Shown: one piece after another, positions 57,986 to 64,000 of the stretch
Numbering within the stretch: the first letter of the stretch is position 1
How the letters are laid out: each line of letters opens with the position of its first letter
DNA from: Flavobacterium sp.
GTDB lineage: Bacteria > Bacteroidota > Bacteroidia > Flavobacteriales > Flavobacteriaceae
DNA length: 64,000 nucleotides
Direction: 5' to 3'
NCBI GenBank assembly: GCA_041916875.1
Contig: JAYRYS010000002.1
Span: 73,865 to 137,864, forward strand
The notes under the pieces: generated by a model
Databases searched by the model: none
Seen by the model: the letters and a program-made list of their open reading frames with translations, nothing else
Told to the model about the DNA's origin: nothing
Position numbers and translations under genes: made by a program

Positions 57986-59904
57986 TTCACCTGCATTATT
58001 ATGGTTGTGCCTTGGGCTGATGAAGCTATGCTCACTTCACCACCACAGTCTTTCATACGTTTTTTTATATTAGCCAGGCCGTTACCTGATTCCGCTGTTT
58101 CCGGATTAAACCCCTGGCCATTATCAGTAATACTGATGGAAAGTACACCTGCATTCCGTGTTATGCAAACATTGATGGTATCTGCTTCGGAGTGTTTAAG
58201 CGCATTATGGATGGCTTCCTGTATCACCCGATACAGGCTGATGCCTTTGAGCGATGAAAAAGGCAGGCTTTCATCAATAGCGCTGTCAATGGTAAAGCTG
58301 AAATTAATCCCTTTTGATGCTGCCCGGGCATTATCAATAAAATTGCTGATGCGCGTTTTAAGGTCAGCCAGCGTGATTTCCTCTTTGTTCATGGCCCATA
58401 TGGTATCGCGTAATTCGGTTATAGTCTCTTTGGTAAAATTACGTATGCCCAACAAGCGTTCCCTGAGCCCGCTTTCCGCAATGCTGAAACTGTATTTGAG
58501 ATTGTCCAGCGATGATATGATGAACGTAAGCTGTGAGCCTATATTGTCATGCAAATCTCTCGATATTTGCAGCCGCTGTTCCTGTAGCCTGTTTTGGGTT
58601 TCAATAAGCAGCAAGGCATCTTTAAGCTCGGCTTCTTTTTGCAGTTTTATGTTTTTTATCTTTTGCCTGTTGTACAGCAATAGTCCGCCCATGGCAGCCA
58701 GTGCAGCCAGGAAAAAAGCCAGGTAAATTATTTTGTTCTGCTCGTCAATCTTTAGCTGGTTTTCGGCTATCTGTGTGCGTTGCAGCAGTATATGCCGCTC
58801 GTTGCGTTCGCTTTCATACTTCTTTTCCAGTTCGGCCATTTTAGCGAAGTTCTCCCGGTTAAGTAGCGAATCTTTTATGGCTACCGACTGTACATAATTA
58901 TCATAGGCCTTGTGTATGTCACGGCTATCGGCCTGTATTTTGGAGAGCAGCTTCAGCGCATCCGAATGTTCTTTTTTGGCGCTGATGGTTTTGGTGAGCG
59001 CTACCATTTTTTGGGCGATCTTTTCTGCATCGGTATAGTTTTTCAGCCGGTAGTAAATGTCGGCCAGTATGTAGTAGCTGTTGGCGAGCCCAAACTGGTC
59101 GTTTACCTTTACACGTATTTCTATAGCCTTATTTACAAAAGTGAGCGCTTTTTTATATTCTTTCTTAATCAGGAAAATCTCCGCCATGTTATTGTAGCAA
59201 ATGCCAACTCCCTTTTCATCACGCAGGCTTTGCTTTATAGGCAATTGCCGGTTGTACATGGCTATGGCTTTGTCATATTGCTTCAGGTGCTTAAAGTAGA
59301 TGAACGCCTGGTTGATGGCCGCGCCTGATTTGCCCCGCACATCGCCCGAAAGGCTGTGGTAATGTTCTGCCTTCCTGAAATTTTCCAGCGCATCGGTAAA
59401 CCGTTCCTGCGATGTGTTTACTATACCCAGGTTTTGGTACGCGTTAGATAGTACGGTGTTGAGGTTGTACCGGTCCGCTTCCTGTATCACTTCCAGCAAT
59501 TGCGCATTCGACTTTTCGTAATCGCTCAGGTAAAAATGGGTCATGGCAATATTGTTCAGCGCATTATAATAACCTGGCTTGGCATCAGCCTGCTTAAATA
59601 ATTTTGCTGCCCGCTGAAAAACCGTTATGGCCGAATCGTACTCGCTGAGGTTACGGTAGCATAAGCCAAGCGAATTGTTGCTGGCCGCCTCCAGTTTTAT
59701 GGCGCCGGCTTTGGCTCCGTAGCCTATAGCCAGCTTAGCATATTTTTTTGACAGGGAAGGGTTATTGTACAGATAATCCTTAGCCAGCTTCCAGTTTTTT
59801 TCGGCTGAAATGGAGTCAGCTATTTGCTGCGCATGCTTATCCTGCCCGGAACAAATGCCGGAAAAGAAAACAGCTGCAATAAGGGCTAAAACCTTTTGTG
59901 TCAT
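57982..59904 (-). CDS. TPR-repeat sensor histidine kinase (HisKA_3; copy B)
   Basis: Signal peptide, periplasmic TPRs, TM helix, ISRDLHDNIGSQL, EAIHNALKHS, DNGQGF, GNGLANI. Confidence 0.93.
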   Translation of the reverse strand: MTQKVLALIAAVFFSGICSGQDKHAQQIADSISAEKNWKLAKDYLYNNPSLSKKYAKLAIGYGAKAGAIKLEAASNNSLGLCYRNLSEYDSAITVFQRAAKLFKQADAKPGYYNALNNIAMTHFYLSDYEKSNAQLLEVIQEADRYNLNTVLSNAYQNLGIVNTSQERFTDALENFRKAEHYHSLSGDVRGKSGAAINQAFIYFKHLKQYDKAIAMYNRQLPIKQSLRDEKGVGICYNNMAEIFLIKKEYKKALTFVNKAIEIRVKVNDQFGLANSYYILADIYYRLKNYTDAEKIAQKMVALTKTISAKKEHSDALKLLSKIQADSRDIHKAYDNYVQSVAIKDSLLNRENFAKMAELEKKYESERNERHILLQRTQIAENQLKIDEQNKIIYLAFFLAALAAMGGLLLYNRQKIKNIKLQKEAELKDALLLIETQNRLQEQRLQISRDLHDNIGSQLTFIISSLDNLKYSFSIAESGLRERLLGIRNFTKETITELRDTIWAMNKEEITLADLKTRISNFIDNARAASKGINFSFTIDSAIDESLPFSSLKGISLYRVIQEAIHNALKHSEADTINVCITRNAGVLSISITDNGQGFNPETAESGNGLANIKKRMKDCGGEVSIASSAQGTTIIMQVK

Positions 59905-59937
59905 AAAAAAGTAGTATTCTGCCTGTTAAATATAGCT

Positions 59938-59981
59938 AAAAATATTAGCCCTGCACTCTCACACACCTGAGAGGGCAGGGC
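59938..59981 (-). terminator. terminator after lipoprotein gene
   Basis: Minus strand GCCCTGCCCTCTCA...TGAGAGTGCAGGGC followed by an A/T tract. Confidence 0.7.
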
Positions 59982-60016
59982 ACATCCAAAAAAATACACA
60001 GGATTACCGGTAAATG

Positions 60017-60523
60017 TTACTGGAAGTTAGCCCTGAATGAGCCTTCGGTAACCGTTACGCTTTGGGTATTGTCATTAGGGTTCTTTCCGGTAAAGCTGAA
60101 AGTACCTTCCACTTTTGCGTCGTCAACAAGAGTGATTTCTACCGTGCCCGTAGCGCCATTGCCCGCAGCTGATGAGTAGGAAACAAACGGGCTGGCCTGT
60201 GTGTACAGCGCCTGGCCGTTTTGCATGTTCGATACATTGTAGCTGCCTTCGCCGTCAAAGTTCATCAGCATGATTTGTATGGCTTTGCCGCTATTGTCAC
60301 TGCCCTGCACCACAAGCGTGCTGGCGTTAGGGTGATTAGCGCCCACGGCATCAAATAATGTGGATGAAGAAAAGGCGTTGCCATTTACTTTGGCCGACAC
60401 ATACTCACCTGATGGGGTTCCGCCACCGCCGTTTGAATCGCCATCGTCATCGCTACAGGCTACAAAGCTTAGCGAGCCGAATAATAAAGTTGCCATGAGG
60501 GTTAGTTTTGTAATGCTTTTCAT
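60017..60523 (-). CDS. DUF6252-like surface lipoprotein
   Basis: Lipobox FVAC-SDDDGD, YVSAKVNG, GTVEIT...VEGTFSFTG...VTEGSF. Start MKSIT. Confidence 0.8.
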   Translation of the reverse strand: MKSITKLTLMATLLFGSLSFVACSDDDGDSNGGGGTPSGEYVSAKVNGNAFSSSTLFDAVGANHPNASTLVVQGSDNSGKAIQIMLMNFDGEGSYNVSNMQNGQALYTQASPFVSYSSAAGNGATGTVEITLVDDAKVEGTFSFTGKNPNDNTQSVTVTEGSFRANFQ

Positions 60524-60551
60524 GATGTTAGTTGAATTTAGATTAGTATCC

Positions 60552-60599
60552 CAAAATTGCAACTTGCATCAAGGCCAATCAATAAGGCAGCTGCCCTAT
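60552..60599 (-). promoter_or_regulatory. 18-bp palindromic operator + 22 nt + -7-like box, before the lipoprotein gene
   Basis: Minus strand ATAGGGCAGCTGCCTTAT-N22-CAATTTTG. Confidence 0.6.
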
Positions 60600-60600
60600 T

Positions 60601-61248
60601 TTATATCAGGTTGTTGTACCGGGCCTTTTCTACAGCTTCCAGCTTGTTGTGTACCTGTAGCTTGGCATATATATTTTCTATATGCTTGCGCACCGTGCCA
60701 CTGGATATAAAAAGGTTATCGGCTATGGCAGCATAATTGAGCCCTTTGCTCAGCTGCTCCAGTACTTCGGCTTCGCGGGTTGTAAGCTTCACCTCATTTT
60801 CATCGTCCTTATTTTTGAAGATGACAGGATTCCGCAGTAGTTTTAGCGATTTCAATGCGATGGATGGTGTCATGGCTGCGCCGCCCTCCAGCGTGTCTTT
60901 AATGCCGCGGTACAAGTCGTTTAGGTTTACTTCTTTCAGCAGGTAACCATCGGCACCGGCTTTTACGGCATTAAAAATATTCTCGTCACTATCAAACACC
61001 GTAAGCATTATGATTTTAATGTGGGGGTAGCGGTTTTTTACGTTCAGGGTTGCTTCAATGCCGTTCATTTTAGGCATCTCTATATCCATCAGTATAACAT
61101 CAATATTATGGTTGGCTTCCAGCTTTTCTATCAGTTCAGCGCCGTTGGTTACAGTAAAGCGGCAGGTAAGGTCTTCAAAAAACGAAAGCTTATCTATAAT
61201 CGCTTTTTGCAGGAAAAGGTTGTCTTCCGCTATGGCTATCTTTATCAT
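60601..61248 (-). CDS. NarL/LuxR-family response regulator (copy A)
   Basis: IAED, LMDIEMP, GADGYLLK, LTTREAEVL...TVRKHIENIYAKLQV; close paralog of 57266-57922. Confidence 0.95.
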   Translation of the reverse strand: MIKIAIAEDNLFLQKAIIDKLSFFEDLTCRFTVTNGAELIEKLEANHNIDVILMDIEMPKMNGIEATLNVKNRYPHIKIIMLTVFDSDENIFNAVKAGADGYLLKEVNLNDLYRGIKDTLEGGAAMTPSIALKSLKLLRNPVIFKNKDDENEVKLTTREAEVLEQLSKGLNYAAIADNLFISSGTVRKHIENIYAKLQVHNKLEAVEKARYNNLI

Positions 61249-63188
61249 ATTGCAGTGGTATTGGTGTGTTTAAAAAAATGCAGTTCGATGGATGTACCTT
61301 GAGCTGATGATGTGGCTGTAAAAGTGCCGCCAATATCTTCCATCCGTTTTTTCATGTTGTACAGGCCATTTCCATTTCCTGCTGATGCAGCGTCAAAGCC
61401 TTTGCCGTTATCAGCGATTATGATTTTTACGCTATCTGCTACGGGGTTGATGCTGATGTTTACCTGCTTAGCCCCGGAATGCTTTATGGCATTATTAACC
61501 GCTTCCTGTATAACACGGTATATATTCATCCCTTCTACAGATGTAAGCATTGTTGCATCCAGCGAATTATCCACTGCAAAAGTGTACTTTATATCTTCCC
61601 TGGCCGCCTGTGCTTTCTCAATAAAATTCATGATACGCGTGCCCAAATCCTCAAAACTTATTTCCTTATGGTTCATGGCCCAAACCGTATCGCGGAGTTC
61701 CTGTATGGTTGCCTGGGTAAAATTGCTGATGTTTTGCAGCCTGCCTGCTATGGCCGGATTGTTGATGGCGTAGGCATGGTTTACAGTATCTACCGAGGAG
61801 ATGATGAAGGTAAGCTGCGACCCGATATTGTCATGCAAATCTTTGGATATGGCCAGGCGCTGTTCCTGCAATTTATTCTGCGTTTCAATCTTTACTATGG
61901 TTTGCTTTAGCTCAAACTCCTGCTGCTGCTGCATGTTCTTCATTTTCTGCTGGCGATATATGAGGTAACCTATGATGATGCAGAAAAAAACCACCGCCGC
62001 AAGAATAAGTATCACCATATTGCGTTGGGTGGCTTCGGCTTCTTTCTGCTCCAGCAACCTTTGTTTTTTCTCAGCCTGGTATTTCGCTTCCATCTCCATA
62101 GCCTCGCCCAATGCTACTTTGCCCATAATGGTGTCACGGTCTGCATTCTGCCGCTCGCGGTAATAGCGGGCGCTGTCCTGCATGCCAATGGCGGAGTAAG
62201 CCGAAATCAGATCTAATTGGAGGCGTTCGGTTTCCCGGCGGTCAATCTTTTCCATGGTGCCCAGCGCTTTTACCAGGTAAGATTTGGCTTTTTCATGCTG
62301 GCCCAGTTGCTGGTACGCCAATCCCAAGCCATTATTAATCTTAGCCAGGTCATAATCGCTTTTAACCGATTGGGCTATGGCACGGCTTTTCTCCAGCACG
62401 GCAATGGCTTCCTTAGGCCTTTTCAGCTCATTGTACAAAAAGCCCAAATTAAAATAAGCGGTGGAAGCAATGGTTGGGTCGTTGACAGATTCGCCAATGC
62501 GCGCCGCTTCCTTGTAATAATATTCAGCATCGGTATATTGGTGCTGTGCCTTGTGCACGTTGCCCAGGTTTACATAAGCCATGGCCAGGTCGGCAAATCG
62601 CATTTTCTTTTTGCGGTAGGTAGCTACTTCCTTGTACAGCTTTTCGGCCTTGTCAAAAACACGCATCTTTTCATAAATCATCGCCATGTTGTTCTTGATG
62701 GCGTCGACCTGCTTGTAGTCATTGGTTTTTTCAAACCACGCCAGTGCTTTTATATAATTATTCATGGCATGGTCGCGCAGGCCGCGGCGTTCATAAACAA
62801 CACCCAAGTTATTAAGAGCAGTGGCAATACCGGCAGAATCTTTCAGCTTTTCGCGAAGCTGCAGGGTAGTGGTGTAATGTTTTTCGGCGGCATCCATAAC
62901 GCCTTTCTTAAAGTAGGCGGCACCCAGGTCGCTATGTATTTGTGCAGTAAGCTTATCATTGCCAATTTGTGGGGAAAGGGTGAGTGCCTTGTTGCCATAA
63001 TGCAGGGAAGAATCCAGCGAAATGTTAGCATAATGCCAGGCCAGGTCGGTATATATGCGGGCTTTGCGCTCGGTTGTGGGATTGCGCTTCAGGGCCGCTT
63101 TCAGGGTATCAATAGTGTAACGTGCGTTTTGTGCGCACAGCAGGGCCGGGAGTAATAAGCAGGTGATAAAGAGTACTTTCCGGGCCAT
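61245..63188 (-). CDS. TPR-repeat sensor histidine kinase (HisKA_3; copy A)
   Basis: Signal peptide (start MARKV), TPRs, TM helix, ISKDLHDNIGSQL, EAVNNAIKHS, DNGKGF. Confidence 0.93.
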   Translation of the reverse strand: MARKVLFITCLLLPALLCAQNARYTIDTLKAALKRNPTTERKARIYTDLAWHYANISLDSSLHYGNKALTLSPQIGNDKLTAQIHSDLGAAYFKKGVMDAAEKHYTTTLQLREKLKDSAGIATALNNLGVVYERRGLRDHAMNNYIKALAWFEKTNDYKQVDAIKNNMAMIYEKMRVFDKAEKLYKEVATYRKKKMRFADLAMAYVNLGNVHKAQHQYTDAEYYYKEAARIGESVNDPTIASTAYFNLGFLYNELKRPKEAIAVLEKSRAIAQSVKSDYDLAKINNGLGLAYQQLGQHEKAKSYLVKALGTMEKIDRRETERLQLDLISAYSAIGMQDSARYYRERQNADRDTIMGKVALGEAMEMEAKYQAEKKQRLLEQKEAEATQRNMVILILAAVVFFCIIIGYLIYRQQKMKNMQQQQEFELKQTIVKIETQNKLQEQRLAISKDLHDNIGSQLTFIISSVDTVNHAYAINNPAIAGRLQNISNFTQATIQELRDTVWAMNHKEISFEDLGTRIMNFIEKAQAAREDIKYTFAVDNSLDATMLTSVEGMNIYRVIQEAVNNAIKHSGAKQVNISINPVADSVKIIIADNGKGFDAASAGNGNGLYNMKKRMEDIGGTFTATSSAQGTSIELHFFKHTNTTAI

Positions 63189-63216
63189 CAAATCAGGTTT
63201 TAAGAGATAAATATAC

Positions 63217-63501
63217 TTAATTGTTTTTTTCTGCAATAATGCCCAGCAGCTCTTTCTGCAAATCGGCCACATCAGTCATTAGGGTTGTGCCGGCATGCCT
63301 AAGGTTTAGGGTAAGCCCATCTGCCAAAAGTGTTTTAAGGCTGTTGTCGGCATTATTTTCAGTCAGGTGAAGGATTATCTCACGAAGCAGTATAATCTTC
63401 TGCCTGTGGCCTGCTTCCTGTTTTCTGAGCCGGATAACCAAAACACAGATAACACCCATCAATATTGTAAGGAGAAATAAAAACACATACAGCATAGTCA
63501 T
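63217..63501 (-). CDS. small single-TM coiled-coil protein
   Basis: Hydrophobic N-terminal helix then an amphipathic region; start MTMLY just below a terminator. Confidence 0.6.
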   Translation of the reverse strand: MTMLYVFLFLLTILMGVICVLVIRLRKQEAGHRQKIILLREIILHLTENNADNSLKTLLADGLTLNLRHAGTTLMTDVADLQKELLGIIAEKNN

Positions 63502-63504
63502 AAG

Positions 63505-63535
63505 GAATAAAGAAATACGGCCGAAGCCGTATTTC
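63505..63535 (-). terminator. terminator with cUUCGg tetraloop
   Basis: Minus strand GAAATACGGC-TTCG-GCCGTATTTC-TTTATT. Confidence 0.8.
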
Positions 63536-63572
63536 CGCATGTAACCAACTTAATTTTGCTCGTCTGAAAAAA

Positions 63573-63998
63573 TTACAAAGCCTGGTAAACTCCCCTAAAA
63601 CTTCCGCTGGTTACGGTTTTGGAGTTGGCACAATTGTCATCATTTTTGCCTACAAATTCAAATGTGCCTTCAATTTTCTGGTCGTCAAGATGTGTTATAT
63701 TGATGGTTCCTCCTGCACCCTGGCAATCAGCGCTGCTGTTATAGCTTATGTTGGTGGCAAAATCCACATAAGATACATTTCTGTCGCCATTAGCTTCCAG
63801 TTGGTATGTTCCTGTGCCGGTTATGCCCAACAGGTTTATAACAACAGTGTTGGTATTTTGTGCCGAAGCCGAAATCATGATAAGCGACTGGTTGCCTACA
63901 TTGGTTTTGGTTGCCACAGCAGTGCTTTGCCCGGCTATAGATAAGGTTTCAAAAGCCTGCCCGTCAATACTTGCGCTGATGTAAGTGCCTGCCGGGAG
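63573..63998 (-). CDS. DUF6252-like lipoprotein (5' end outside window)
   Basis: Frame open to the window edge (LPAGTYISASIDGQAF...); GTINIT...IEGTFEFVG...VTSGSFRG; paralog of 60017-60523. Confidence 0.8.
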   Translation of the reverse strand, partial: LPAGTYISASIDGQAFETLSIAGQSTAVATKTNVGNQSLIMISASAQNTNTVVINLLGITGTGTYQLEANGDRNVSYVDFATNISYNSSADCQGAGGTINITHLDDQKIEGTFEFVGKNDDNCANSKTVTSGSFRGVYQAL

Positions 63999-64000
63999 GT

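Overview
This is a chromosomal segment of a Flavobacteriaceae genome, most likely Flavobacterium, judged from gldKLMN, the porV 3' end, a Bacteroidota-type primary sigma factor and many TAnnTTTG -7 promoter boxes. Most genes are core functions: cdd, pdhA/pdhC, rpe, rpoD, pnp-rpsO, groESL, secG, lptE, miaB, topA, gldKLMN, ABC-F, hutU and a Phe hydroxylase. Accessory genes are interspersed: an ECF sigma with a candidate dual-membrane-spanning anti-sigma, an exosortase F pair, an HYC_CC_PP/TonB receptor/HMA metal operon, a T9SS cargo protein, and a tandem lipoprotein-TPR histidine kinase-response regulator array. I found no rRNA, tRNA, CRISPR array, prophage or transposase. The most striking unexplained structure is a four-helix-bundle (IVS/Avd-like) gene inside the miaB operon. 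It is bracketed by 30-bp heptamer-built inverted repeats that overlap its start and stop codons, and a gene-less copy of the same repeat element lies 15 kb away. Several other short-period hairpin repeat families fill intergenic gaps. Other leads are a lipoprotein gene flanked by a duplicated terminator, a candidate metal-sensing leader peptide, a sigma54-like groES promoter near a sensor-less enhancer-binding protein, and a conserved operator-promoter geometry in the two-component array. All annotations come from motif and family recognition by eye; no searches were run.
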